From Candidatus Heimdallarchaeota archaeon (lineage in GTDB: Archaea > Asgardarchaeota > Heimdallarchaeia > JABLTI01), in NCBI GenBank assembly GCA_019056785.1, contig DXJV01000059.1, positions 1 through 64,000 of the forward strand: 64,000 bases of DNA, given 5' to 3'. Position 1 is the first letter of the stretch, and each line of letters starts with the position of its first letter. Shown piece by piece: positions 8,609 through 18,556 of this stretch. The notes under the pieces are model-generated. The model searched no databases, was not told the DNA's origin, and saw nothing but the letters and a program-made list of their open reading frames with translations. Both the position numbers and the translations under genes were made by a program.

Positions 8609-10624
8609 GTGCAAATGGTTAAAAAACAAGTAAAAGGAATAGTCGATGTTTTTAGAGGTGGCGCAGCATTTCTGGCTGAAAAGCCAATAACTTATAATTT
8701 TCCACCTGAATTTACTGTTGCAGAGAAAGCAAAAGGCCGACACACCCTAGATATGGAAACATGTCGTCATTGTGGGTTGTGTGCAAATGTTTGCCCGAAT
8801 CATGCTATTGAAATGGTTAAGAGAGAAGAAGGAACCGATGATTCGAAAAAAACAGTTCGTTATCCGCAAATTGACTTCAGCAAATGCTGTTTCTGCAGTC
8901 TATGTGTTGAGATTTGCCCCACAAAATCTCTGAAGATGACAAATGCATCTGTAATGGTCGCTATGGATACAAAACAATTTCTCTTGCCACCAGAAGAATT
9001 AGCAAAACCCCCTGAATTGCAGATGCCAGAGCCATTAAAAATCAAAGGAGCAAAGAGCTGGGCACGTTCACGAAGCTTATGGGTAATGAACTATTTTACC
9101 GGCTGTTGTTTTATCGAAGCAGTGCCATGGGTGGGTAGTGGCTTTGATATGGAGCGCTTTGGTATGATTGTTGCTCGAAACCCCAGAATGGCTGACGTAC
9201 TCCTTGTTGGTGGGTATGTGACAGAAAAAACAGTTAAACGAATCATCAGAATTTACGAGCAGATGCCTCTCCCCAAATTTGTAATTGCTCTTGGAAATTG
9301 TCCAATGGGTGGGGGAACATATTGGGATAGTTATAATACTATCAAAAGAATTGACGATTACATTCCTGTAGACATTTGGATTGCTGGTTGCCCACCAAGA
9401 CCTGAAGCAATTGGATTTGCTGTTGTAGCGGCAATCAACCACATTCAAAATGGCTATGCAGGGAAAGAGGAAAAGGTGAAACTTACAAAGAAGCTACAGC
9501 TTCCACCAGTGCTTCCAGAAGATAATCTCGACCCAAAAGAACGAATCTTACCTTTTGGTCCACAACATCCCGGTACTGGAAACTTCAGCTTGAAGTTGAC
9601 AACAAATGGCGAGTTGGTTACAAAAGCTGAACCACAAGTTGGCTATCTTCATCGAGGTTTTGAGAAATTAATGGAATACCGAACTTGGTATCAAAACATA
9701 ATGCTGGTGCAACGAATTTGTGTGTTGGATGGTGGAGCATATGAATTGGCATATTCAATGGCTGTGGAACAATTGGCAGGAATAGAAATTCCAGAACGAG
9801 CCAAGTATCTGCGGACAATACAGGCAGAATTTTCAAGGATTCAAAGCCATCTTCTTAATTTGGGTTTAGTGGGTGGAGCAACTGGTTTTCATACTATGCA
9901 AAATATTACTTGGGGTGATCGTGAAAAAATCCTCAAGTTATTAGATGAAATGACCGGTGCACGGATATATCATATTTATAACCCCCCTGGCGGCGTTTTC
10001 AGAGATATACCTGATAATTTCAAAGATCATACAATGAAAGTAATAACCAATTTCAGGAAACGACTGAAAGAATATGATAAAGTCTTCATAGAAAACCCCA
10101 CTTTCCAAGCAAGAACATTAAAGCTTGGGGTTCTCCCCCGCGAAGTTGCAATAGCTCATGATATTACCGGTCCGAACATTAGAGCATCGGGAGTGGATTT
10201 TGACGTCAGACGGGCGATACCTTATGCTGCATATGAGGCGCTTGATTTTGAAGTGCCAACGTTCAAAGAGGGCGACGCTTATCATCGAATAGTGGCACGA
10301 AGACTCGAAATTGAAGAGAGCTTCCGGATAATTGAACAAGCACTTGAAAAGCTTCCCAGTGGACCAATTCGAGCCAAATTTGGATCCTATAAACATAAAA
10401 TACCAGAAGGCGAAGCAATCAGTTTTATTGAATCTGCTCGTGGAGAACTGGTATATCACCTTGTGAGCAATGGCGGAAACAGTCCCTATCGTGCAAAAGT
10501 TCGCGGACCTATGTTTGATGCAATAGTGGTTTTATTGCCAAAATTGCTTGTAGGAACATACATCGCAGATGTCCCAGTGATCTATTGGAGTTTAGATAAT
10601 TGTCCGGCAGATCATGACAGGTAA
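8609..10624 (+). CDS. Fused NuoI-like 2x[4Fe-4S] / NuoB-like / NuoD-like subunit of a complex-I-related (MBS/Mbx-like) oxidoreductase; start may be ATG 8615
   Basis: CRHCGLCANVCP and CCFCSLCVEICP. TGCCFIE, GNCPMGGG, GCPPRPE. FGPQHP, GYLHRGFEK, RICVLD, ESARGE, C-terminal DNCPADHDR. Confidence 0.88.
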   Translation: MQMVKKQVKGIVDVFRGGAAFLAEKPITYNFPPEFTVAEKAKGRHTLDMETCRHCGLCANVCPNHAIEMVKREEGTDDSKKTVRYPQIDFSKCCFCSLCVEICPTKSLKMTNASVMVAMDTKQFLLPPEELAKPPELQMPEPLKIKGAKSWARSRSLWVMNYFTGCCFIEAVPWVGSGFDMERFGMIVARNPRMADVLLVGGYVTEKTVKRIIRIYEQMPLPKFVIALGNCPMGGGTYWDSYNTIKRIDDYIPVDIWIAGCPPRPEAIGFAVVAAINHIQNGYAGKEEKVKLTKKLQLPPVLPEDNLDPKERILPFGPQHPGTGNFSLKLTTNGELVTKAEPQVGYLHRGFEKLMEYRTWYQNIMLVQRICVLDGGAYELAYSMAVEQLAGIEIPERAKYLRTIQAEFSRIQSHLLNLGLVGGATGFHTMQNITWGDREKILKLLDEMTGARIYHIYNPPGGVFRDIPDNFKDHTMKVITNFRKRLKEYDKVFIENPTFQARTLKLGVLPREVAIAHDITGPNIRASGVDFDVRRAIPYAAYEALDFEVPTFKEGDAYHRIVARRLEIEESFRIIEQALEKLPSGPIRAKFGSYKHKIPEGEAISFIESARGELVYHLVSNGGNSPYRAKVRGPMFDAIVVLLPKLLVGTYIADVPVIYWSLDNCPADHDR

Positions 10625-10648
10625 AAAAATATTCATATTAAAGACAAT

Positions 10649-10700
10649 AGGAGCACTTTTCCAAATGTAAGTGTAAAAGGTCTCCTTTTTTCTTCTTTTA
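10649..10700 (+). terminator. Imperfect hairpin followed by a T-rich tract downstream of the Nuo-like fusion
   Basis: AGGAGCACTTTT ... AAAAGGTCTCCT followed by TTTTTTCTTCTTTT. Confidence 0.35.
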
Positions 10701-10866
10701 TTATTAAATGAACAGCTGTTTGTGCTGATGTAAAAATAATAGTTAGTAATCCTTTTGAACCTAAAATTGAATTTAACGATTATCTTTCAACAAAACACAA
10801 AGAATTATAAAAACTACCATTTTCGTATTTGCTGTAAATGGCATTTTAAAAAAGGAATTTAAAACA

Positions 10867-11865
10867 ATGGCAAGAAAACAGCGAGATAGTTCGAAAAGAA
10901 TTCCAGAATTAACAATTAGTCCGCAACTTAAGCAAGAGGTCGATGCATTGGTCCAGGCGACTTATAAAACCAATGTAAGGCATTGGTCTCCTACTATTAC
11001 GCGAGAATTTTATGTTCCAATAGGAGAAGTAGGAGAAATACGTGTTCTTCATGTTAAACCCAAGCAACCAAAAAACACTGCACCAGTGCTTTTCATTCCA
11101 GGCTTTGGTGTTATTCAAGAAGAGTTTAACGATTTATATGAAGCCTTACAGGAAGATATTGAATTCTACTATATTGAAACAAGAGAAAAAACCTCGAGCA
11201 AGATAAAACGGAGAAAAACAAAATTAACGCTCTCAGAAAAAGCCAAAGATATTCAAACAGTTATTGACTTTCTTAACCTGTCGCAAAAAGACTTTCTTTT
11301 GGTTGGGACTTGTTGGGGGTCTTCTGTAGTTTTAACAGGGCTCTACGAGAAGACCTTAACGGCTCCGAGAATTCTATTGTTCGATCCGGCTTTTGAACTT
11401 GCCTTTAGTAAATTTATTGTGAATATATCGATACTTCTTCCAACATTTATGGTCTCCCTACTCAAAAGAATTTTCAAATTCTTTGCCTTGATGGGTATGA
11501 AAGAAAAACGGCAGAAAGAACGGACTTCAGCTTTTATTGATAATGCTGTTGTTTGGAAATGGAAACGGGCTGCCTATCAAAACCGGAAGTTAAATCTCTT
11601 TAAAATTCTGCCAGCAATTGAAAAAGAACTTTTCATAGTAAATGGAAGCAATGACAGATTTCATAACCAAGAAATCTATCCGATGGAGGCAAAGGCTTTA
11701 CCACATGGCCGGTTCTTTTACTTGGAAGTCGATGAGTCAAAAAGAGAACGAATGATGGCTGCAGTTATCCGTGAATTTGCGTTAGGTACACAAGTTCAAC
11801 CTGTCCCTCTTGTTATGCAAAAATTCGAAAAGAATCTTAAAAGAGAAGAAAATCTTGCATTTTAA
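10867..11865 (+). CDS. Alpha/beta-hydrolase fold protein with a Cys at the nucleophile elbow
   Basis: PVLFIPGF oxyanion segment, LVGTCWGS elbow, IVNGSND acid loop. Confidence 0.7.
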   Translation: MARKQRDSSKRIPELTISPQLKQEVDALVQATYKTNVRHWSPTITREFYVPIGEVGEIRVLHVKPKQPKNTAPVLFIPGFGVIQEEFNDLYEALQEDIEFYYIETREKTSSKIKRRKTKLTLSEKAKDIQTVIDFLNLSQKDFLLVGTCWGSSVVLTGLYEKTLTAPRILLFDPAFELAFSKFIVNISILLPTFMVSLLKRIFKFFALMGMKEKRQKERTSAFIDNAVVWKWKRAAYQNRKLNLFKILPAIEKELFIVNGSNDRFHNQEIYPMEAKALPHGRFFYLEVDESKRERMMAAVIREFALGTQVQPVPLVMQKFEKNLKREENLAF

Positions 11866-11960
11866 CTTTAGCCTATAAATGGCGCTCTTCTTTCAGACTG
11901 AAAATTAATATCTCAAAAAGTGATTGTTTATTGGCGAAAGCTCAATAGTTGGCGAACTAA

Positions 11961-13181
11961 ATGGTCACTGGAGTATCACAAGAAGATGACTTACCAATCG
12001 ATGTAGGTTATTTAAGACGACTTTTAGAAGAGATGATTAAAATTCCTTCTGTAGTTGGAGAGGAAAAAACACTTGCTATCTTTCTCGAAGAAGAAGTGAA
12101 AAAACTTGGGTTGCAAACGGAACTTGAGAGAGTAGAGTTTGAACGCTTTAATCTCTATGCAGTTCGCTCTTTCCATGAACGTGGAAAAACATTAACTTTC
12201 AATGGGCACTTAGATACTGTTGAGAGTTGCTCTGGTTGGGAAACAGATCCCTTCTCACCCATGCTAAGAGGTCAAGAGCTTTATGGGTTAGGCTCTTTGG
12301 ATATGAAAAGTGGTCTTGCTTGTGAATTAGCAGCAATTAAAGCTCTTGTCAACTCAAATCTCGAATTAGTCGGAACAATCCATTTTACTGCTGTAGTAGA
12401 TGAAGAGGGCTATGGAAAAGGAGCACGAAAAATGTTACACAATCCTTCTTTTGGTAAAGGACGTACAGATGGGATTCTGATAGCCGAACCATTTTTTGGT
12501 GATAATGAAACAAATGCCCTGCCACTTGGAATGACAGGCAAAGTACTTTATAAAATCACAATTCACGGTCGTTCAGCTCATGCCTTTACGCCTGCCAAAG
12601 GAATAAACGCCATTGATGTTGCTGGGAAAATTATTGCCAACATGCAAGAACAACTAGATAGCCCCTCTAAGAAGCGTTTGTTTGTTTTACCAAGCGACAA
12701 TGCATTTGGTTCAGGAACAATGTGTTTCTTAAAAGTCGTTGGTGGTTATAAAGTCTATTCTGTTGTTGTCCCTGACCGGTGTGAGTTAATACTAAATCGA
12801 TTGTTAGTACCCGGAGAAACGAAAGAAAGTGCCTTGAAAGATATACAAGAATTTCTATTACAGCTCGACTTGCCAGCGGAGGTTACACTCGAGATAGTTC
12901 CACCATTTTACGTCCCGTATAAACTACCTCAAACAACACCGCTAGTAGCCTCTCTCGCGAAAAGTTACCAGGCTATTTTTGATTTTCCACCACAGTTTAA
13001 TTATCGCAAGATGATTACAGATGCCAATATCTTTTATGGAGAAGGTAAAATCCCAACTGTTCTTTTTGGCCCAAAAGGAGGAAACATTCATGCTGCAAAC
13101 GAATATGTCGACCTCTCATTATTGTCAGCTATTGCTCAAATCTATTGTCAGTTATTCCTTTCTTTTCAAAAGCAAATCTAA
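11961..13181 (+). CDS. M20 family metallopeptidase (ArgE/DapE-like)
   Basis: FNGHLDTV, GLGSLDMKSG, VDEE, AEP, GRSAHA, GNIHAANE. Confidence 0.9.
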   Translation: MVTGVSQEDDLPIDVGYLRRLLEEMIKIPSVVGEEKTLAIFLEEEVKKLGLQTELERVEFERFNLYAVRSFHERGKTLTFNGHLDTVESCSGWETDPFSPMLRGQELYGLGSLDMKSGLACELAAIKALVNSNLELVGTIHFTAVVDEEGYGKGARKMLHNPSFGKGRTDGILIAEPFFGDNETNALPLGMTGKVLYKITIHGRSAHAFTPAKGINAIDVAGKIIANMQEQLDSPSKKRLFVLPSDNAFGSGTMCFLKVVGGYKVYSVVVPDRCELILNRLLVPGETKESALKDIQEFLLQLDLPAEVTLEIVPPFYVPYKLPQTTPLVASLAKSYQAIFDFPPQFNYRKMITDANIFYGEGKIPTVLFGPKGGNIHAANEYVDLSLLSAIAQIYCQLFLSFQKQI

Positions 13182-13621
13182 GAATCAATCGTAGCACACC
13201 AAAAAGATGTTGATGTAGTTGTTTTTGCTACACCTGGCAGTGGGCGAATCTTATCTAAAACCATTTCCCCGATTTTTTCGAGTGTTGCTCCTCGAACTTT
13301 CACGAGAAGGTCCCATTCTCCGGAGATTAAATGAACTTCTGAGACATTTGGAAGTCGAGCCAGCTTTTCAGCTAATTTCCGTTGTGTGATCTCAGCGTTT
13401 TGTGCAAATTCAATAAAGACAAAGGCTGTTACGGGAAGACCGATTTTTTTAAAGTCTTTCTCAATAGTGAACTTTCGAATGACCCCTTCTTGTTTCAATT
13501 TTTCAATCCGGGAATGAACTGTTACTCGAGGGATGTCAAGCTTTGTTGCAATCCTTTTGGTTGGCATACGAGCATCTTTTTCAAGTTCTTGAAGTATTAG
13601 TCTGTCCTTTTCATCGAGCAT
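13178..13621 (-). CDS. Lrp/AsnC family transcriptional regulator
   Basis: LDEKDRLILQELEKDAR HTH and RIEKLKQEGVI. C-terminal RAM domain with ISGEWDLLVKV. Confidence 0.92.
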   Translation of the reverse strand: MLDEKDRLILQELEKDARMPTKRIATKLDIPRVTVHSRIEKLKQEGVIRKFTIEKDFKKIGLPVTAFVFIEFAQNAEITQRKLAEKLARLPNVSEVHLISGEWDLLVKVRGATLEKIGEMVLDKIRPLPGVAKTTTSTSFWCATIDS

Positions 13622-13729
13622 GAAAATATCTCCTTTATTAAATTATATTTCAATTTAACAGCTTATTTTTGTTTGAAAAATCTTTTGTCAAAAAAAAGAG
13701 GAAAGAAAAATCCTCCCTCAAGATTTACT

Positions 13730-15445
13730 TTAATTAGCTATGTTTTTATTTTTCTCTTCAAATTCTGCGACTTTCTTTTCATAGCGTTCGATTTCAATTT
13801 TACTGGAATAGGTTGCCAAAGAATAAATTGCAAGGCCAATAAGTCCGACCCCGAAAGCACTAATTACAAACCCAAGAACATAGCTTCCTATACGTGTTTT
13901 TATGCCATCAACTACAAAACCGAAATCATATCCATAGAATTCTGCGTTTGGAACTGCTATGTAGTCAATTATCAAAAGAACACAATAAAAAGTTGTTTTT
14001 GTTGAAGCTTGATATGAAATACTCGGTGTAGTGAGATCATCATATGAGGTAAAAGTCTCGATAGGAACTTCACTGAAAATCAATTTAGCTATCGAGTCAT
14101 TAAGAAATTCTTGAGCCAAATTAAAATAATTCAAAATTAATTGCCTGAAAAGCGCAGAATCATATGGTGCTTGATATTGTTGAGCTGCCCACAGAAACCA
14201 CAAATTTTGACAACTTTCAAAGAATTTGGTAAAAGTACTTTCATTACAAAGAACAAGAGCAGCTTGAAAAGATTCTTTATTTGAAGAATAGCCATATCTT
14301 GGCATAAATCTTAAGCTGTCATTTTTCCGAACAGTAAATCTTTCCATTGTTCCCCAACCCATGTCATTTACTGAAGGTTTTGTATTTGTTCCAGGGGTAT
14401 ACCAACTCCAGTTCGGAAGGATAGTAATATTTGTTATTGTAGAAGAATAATAGGCTTTTTTCATACCAACAACAGGACCCAATGTCAAGCCAACAGTCAA
14501 GAATATTATTCCAAAAGTTATGAGATAGGAACGAATTTCTTTTAAATAGTATTTCCATCCGCCCGGTCGTTTCCCTGCTTTGTATGGTACTCGTAATCGA
14601 TCCCCTTGAAGAATGGCCCAAGATAAGACGATGGAAACAATAATTACTACAAGCAATACGACTGAAAAAGTAAGCGCTTTTGCCGGTGAACCAAGTTTAA
14701 CAAATCCATCCGCATAGTTCCCTGGGAAGACTGCTGGCGACTCACTATTACCATATTCATTTATGGGGTAAACTATTAGCGATTTTATGTAATAAGAGAT
14801 AGTTAGGCTACGCAGCGTTGGCGAAAAACTTGCAAATACAAATTCCCAGATAAAGACGAAAAATAACCCGAACCACAGAGGGTTTTTGAAAAGAAGGCCA
14901 ATGAGCATGAAAATGGCTCCATACACTACTGCTGCTATAAAAGCAACGAACATAAAACGTAGAGCCATATCAAAATACATCAGCCCCGCTAGTATGCCAA
15001 AGGAAAGATAGTTCAATAAAGTGGCGACAATAATAAAGAAAGGGACGACGGTGAGGTAACCCAGATATTTTATTATCACAAGTTCAAACCGATGAATGGG
15101 TCGGGAAGTCAAATAAGTGATAGAGCGATTGTTCTTTTCATCATTAAACATTGTGGAGGCAATGTACATCGTAAAAAGTGGGATGATAATCCCAAAATAC
15201 CCCCTAAACATGATGTCAGAATAAAGAGAATAAAATTCGTTCGCTAACATATAATTGACCGAAAAAGCAACGATAGGACCTGCAATTATTGGTAGAAGAA
15301 TCAGCGCATTGAAGATCCAGCTTTTTCCTTGCTTAAATAACGTTGAAATTAATTTGCTAAGGTAGAGCCGGTAAATTGGTCCAAATCTCCGTTTCCAGCT
15401 GAACTTTTTTTCGTATTTAGTTAGGTTTTCGTATAACTTTTCCAT
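13730..15445 (-). CDS. ABC-2 type transporter permease with an extra C-terminal extracytoplasmic domain
   Basis: DEKNNRSITYLTSRPIHR motif and multiple TM helices. A roughly 200-aa soluble region lies between two further TMs. Confidence 0.8.
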   Translation of the reverse strand: MEKLYENLTKYEKKFSWKRRFGPIYRLYLSKLISTLFKQGKSWIFNALILLPIIAGPIVAFSVNYMLANEFYSLYSDIMFRGYFGIIIPLFTMYIASTMFNDEKNNRSITYLTSRPIHRFELVIIKYLGYLTVVPFFIIVATLLNYLSFGILAGLMYFDMALRFMFVAFIAAVVYGAIFMLIGLLFKNPLWFGLFFVFIWEFVFASFSPTLRSLTISYYIKSLIVYPINEYGNSESPAVFPGNYADGFVKLGSPAKALTFSVVLLVVIIVSIVLSWAILQGDRLRVPYKAGKRPGGWKYYLKEIRSYLITFGIIFLTVGLTLGPVVGMKKAYYSSTITNITILPNWSWYTPGTNTKPSVNDMGWGTMERFTVRKNDSLRFMPRYGYSSNKESFQAALVLCNESTFTKFFESCQNLWFLWAAQQYQAPYDSALFRQLILNYFNLAQEFLNDSIAKLIFSEVPIETFTSYDDLTTPSISYQASTKTTFYCVLLIIDYIAVPNAEFYGYDFGFVVDGIKTRIGSYVLGFVISAFGVGLIGLAIYSLATYSSKIEIERYEKKVAEFEEKNKNIAN

Positions 15446-15462
15446 GCTCTTTTTAGCTCCTT

Positions 15463-16401
15463 TTATTTTCTTTTCGTTAAATAATCAAAGATTGCTTCCA
15501 AGCCTGCATCCAATGTTGCCATTTCAAGAATTTTCACTTTTGATTCAACTGCAAGCTCTTGGATGAGTTTGTAAAAAGCATTTGAATTATTTGTTCGAAT
15601 ATTGATGTATTCGAAATTTTCTATATCAGGTGCAACATTAAGGACGAAATCGTAGTCTAACAGAATCGTTGCGAGTCGCTTCCTATCGGGTGTTTTAATG
15701 CGAATTGTAAAAGGAATCTTATCCATGAGTTCACGAATTTCGCTAATGCTCCCTTGGGCAATAGCCCTACCTGAATAAATCAATAGAATTTTGTTGGTAA
15801 TCCGTTCAACTTCGTGTAAAATATGACTCGAGATAAGAATGTTCTTCCCAAAATCTCTACCCAATTTTTGAATCAACTGAACTAATTCTCTACGGACAAG
15901 TGGATCTGTCGATTGGAGGGGCTCATCAAGGAACAGAATTTCAGGGTCATGAACAATTGCTTGAGCAATTTTAATACGTTGGCGCATACCCTTGGAATAC
16001 CCTTTAATTGCTCTATCCATTGCCTCAGTCAACCCGACGAGTTTGATAGCTTCAACTGCAGCTTTATTTGCAGCCTCGCGAGATAAGCCACTGATTTGTG
16101 CCAATTCACGTACGAATTTGCGCCCTGTCATCCATTCAAATAGAATTTCTTGTTCCGGGCAAAAACCAAACCGCTTCAAAATTTCGGGATTGTTCCACAC
16201 TTCACTTCCTTCAACATAAATTTCTCCCGAGCTTTGCCGGAGTTGTGCAGTGGCAATATTCAAGAATGTTGATTTTCCAGCACCATTGGGCCCCAGTAAG
16301 CCAACGATCCCTCGATCGATTTTTACTGTAATTTTGTTTAGCGCCATAACTTCTTTGTACCATTTGTTCAAATCGTATGTTTCTATGAAATACTCTTTCA
16401 T
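15463..16401 (-). CDS. ABC transporter ATP-binding protein
   Basis: GPNGAGKST, YSKGMRQR, LFLDEP, SSH. Confidence 0.95.
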   Translation of the reverse strand: MKEYFIETYDLNKWYKEVMALNKITVKIDRGIVGLLGPNGAGKSTFLNIATAQLRQSSGEIYVEGSEVWNNPEILKRFGFCPEQEILFEWMTGRKFVRELAQISGLSREAANKAAVEAIKLVGLTEAMDRAIKGYSKGMRQRIKIAQAIVHDPEILFLDEPLQSTDPLVRRELVQLIQKLGRDFGKNILISSHILHEVERITNKILLIYSGRAIAQGSISEIRELMDKIPFTIRIKTPDRKRLATILLDYDFVLNVAPDIENFEYINIRTNNSNAFYKLIQELAVESKVKILEMATLDAGLEAIFDYLTKRK

Positions 16402-17303
16402 TAGCTAACCTCCTCGCGATACAACCTGTTAATGGTCATCAGCAGAAAAATAATGCCTATTGTAATCATTAAAGTGATTGCAACACCACCACTTAGTGTT
16501 GATTCAAAGAAATTCATCCCAAACATTGATGTTGAAGGGCTACCAAAGATTAGAAAGACAGCTGCAACAATGATTAAGGCGATTGAGAAGTATTGAATCC
16601 AATCAGCTTCGATGAATTCAGCTATAAGGCTTGCGACGAGCGATGGTAAAAATAGCACTAAAATAGAGAGGATGCCTCCTAAAACACTTTGTTTACTTAT
16701 CGATGAGAAATATAAAACAATGGAACCCATGAAAAACACTATTAGGAATCCAGAAGCAAAAGTTGAGAGATAAGTCATGATCACTGTTTTAATAGCAAGA
16801 CCACTAACACCTTCAAGTAAATTAAATGTTACTAAGAAAACAAACCAAGGAACAAATGTTACAAAACTTGAGACCATATAAACAGAAAGAGCTTTTCCAA
16901 TTGCGTAGTCAATGCGAGTTATGGGGCGGGAGAAGTATAATGCCAAACTATTGTTCTTTTTATCATTAGCGATGGTTCCAGAGTTTAAAGCACAAATAAA
17001 GACTATCGGTAAAAAGATCAATCCGGGATTGAAGGAGAAATTAATGATGGTATACATTGTTGCATCCACCCCACCTAATCCCCCCAAGAAGAATTCTCGC
17101 ACGAAGGCAGGGAAGAAAATAGCGGAAAAGATAAGCATCAAAGTAAATGATATCACAGGCAAATTACAAAGAATTAAGAGAAAGATGATTTTTTTGCCTG
17201 AAAACTGCACCCGGAAAGTTTGGGTTGCAATTGACCAAATTCTAAAGAATCGTCCTTTAATTTCACCTTTATATTCTCTATAGCTGCGATTAAAGACACT
17301 CAT
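16401..17303 (-). CDS. ABC-2 type transporter permease
   Basis: ANDKKNNSLALYFSRPITR and about six TM helices. Overlaps both neighbouring ATPase genes. Confidence 0.85.
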   Translation of the reverse strand: MSVFNRSYREYKGEIKGRFFRIWSIATQTFRVQFSGKKIIFLLILCNLPVISFTLMLIFSAIFFPAFVREFFLGGLGGVDATMYTIINFSFNPGLIFLPIVFICALNSGTIANDKKNNSLALYFSRPITRIDYAIGKALSVYMVSSFVTFVPWFVFLVTFNLLEGVSGLAIKTVIMTYLSTFASGFLIVFFMGSIVLYFSSISKQSVLGGILSILVLFLPSLVASLIAEFIEADWIQYFSIALIIVAAVFLIFGSPSTSMFGMNFFESTLSGGVAITLMITIGIIFLLMTINRLYREEVS

Positions 17304-18316
17304 TTTGAAACCTCAATTTTTGTTTCTTTTGTTGGCAAGCCGTTTTTATTATTCATATCAGCAATACGATGCACGAAAACATCTTCAAGAATCGCTTCGC
17401 TGGGAACCATCGTCCGGATCTGGATGTCATTTTCATATGCAAGTTTTAATAAAACGGTACTAATCTCCTCATCAGAATACTGCACCAAAATAGTATTCTC
17501 AAAGAGCTGAAAAGGAATCCCCTTAGTTTGTAAGGCTGCTAAAAAGCGCTCTAAATCACCGCGAATTTCAACTTTCATATTCTTTTTCTCGACGCTTCGG
17601 GTTTCTTGGTAAGTTAGTTCTGAAATCTTTCCTTGAGCAACAACAGCTCCTTTGTTAATGATAGTCGCAAATTCACACGTAGCCTCGATATCAGGGAGTA
17701 AATGAGAAGAGACAATCAAGTTTATTCCATGTTCTTTGCTAATCTCTTTCACCAATTCAATCATATCGATACGACCATTTGGATCCAGACCATTTGTGGG
17801 TTCATCGAGAATAATCAACTCAGGATCATTTACGAGAGTCTGCGCAAGTTTTAATCGTTGAAGCATTCCAGTTGAAAACTCTTTCACCTTTCGGTAGCGC
17901 GCTTCATTTAAGCCGACGTATTGTAATGTTTCATGCGCTCGTTGCATCGCCTCTTCTTTGGGAAGGCCGGAAATACGCCCCAAAAGAGAAACTTGTTTCA
18001 CAGCATTTACTCCAGGAATTATCGCAAAATGTTCGGGCATATAGCCAACTTTCTGTCTAATTAACATGCCTTCCTTGAAAATGTCATGCCCAAGTAACTG
18101 TGCTTCACCTTGATCAGCTTTAAGATAGCTAAGAAGAATCTTAATCAAGGTACTTTTACCGGCGCCATTAGGGCCAAGGAGGGCATTTGCTCCAGCATTC
18201 ATTTTAAAAGAAATCGCATCCAAGGCTATAATGCTCTGAGGAGAGTTTTTTTTCCCGAATATTTTCGTAATCCCTTCAACGCAAAGAATTTCCTTTTGAT
18301 GAACCAAAGATGACAC
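17300..18316 (-). CDS. ABC transporter ATP-binding protein
   Basis: GPNGAGKST, FSTGMLQR, ILDEPTNGLDP, SSH. Confidence 0.95.
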   Translation of the reverse strand: MSSLVHQKEILCVEGITKIFGKKNSPQSIIALDAISFKMNAGANALLGPNGAGKSTLIKILLSYLKADQGEAQLLGHDIFKEGMLIRQKVGYMPEHFAIIPGVNAVKQVSLLGRISGLPKEEAMQRAHETLQYVGLNEARYRKVKEFSTGMLQRLKLAQTLVNDPELIILDEPTNGLDPNGRIDMIELVKEISKEHGINLIVSSHLLPDIEATCEFATIINKGAVVAQGKISELTYQETRSVEKKNMKVEIRGDLERFLAALQTKGIPFQLFENTILVQYSDEEISTVLLKLAYENDIQIRTMVPSEAILEDVFVHRIADMNNKNGLPTKETKIEVSK

Positions 18317-18556
18317 CCACTAGTTTTATCTTGAAAGTTCTAACGAGAAATGACTCGTAATTTTTATACAAAGAATAAAGGCTATATTACTTTAAGAATA
18401 TAACTAAATGCTTCAATAATAAGCGTCATTTTTTTAAATAAATATTTTAAAATAAGCATTAGTAATATAAAGAAAAAAGGCAAATGTTGAAATACAAATA
18501 ATTTAAAATTGAAATTATGATTTATTAAATAATCAACTTTTTTGGTCGTTGCTTAA

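Noticed and set aside
8609-10624. Calling the fusion a [NiFe]-hydrogenase matured by the protease at 23240
   Set aside because: Only two of the four metal-ligating Cys are present and there is no C-terminal extension.
13673-14005. 110-aa + strand ORF and the many other short antisense ORFs inside long genes
   Set aside because: They overlap well-supported CDS on the opposite strand or in another frame and carry no motifs.
18330-18550. AT-rich quasi-palindromes in the divergent intergenic region (origin-like?)
   Set aside because: No ORB-like repeats or cdc6/orc1 gene; composition alone explains the symmetry.
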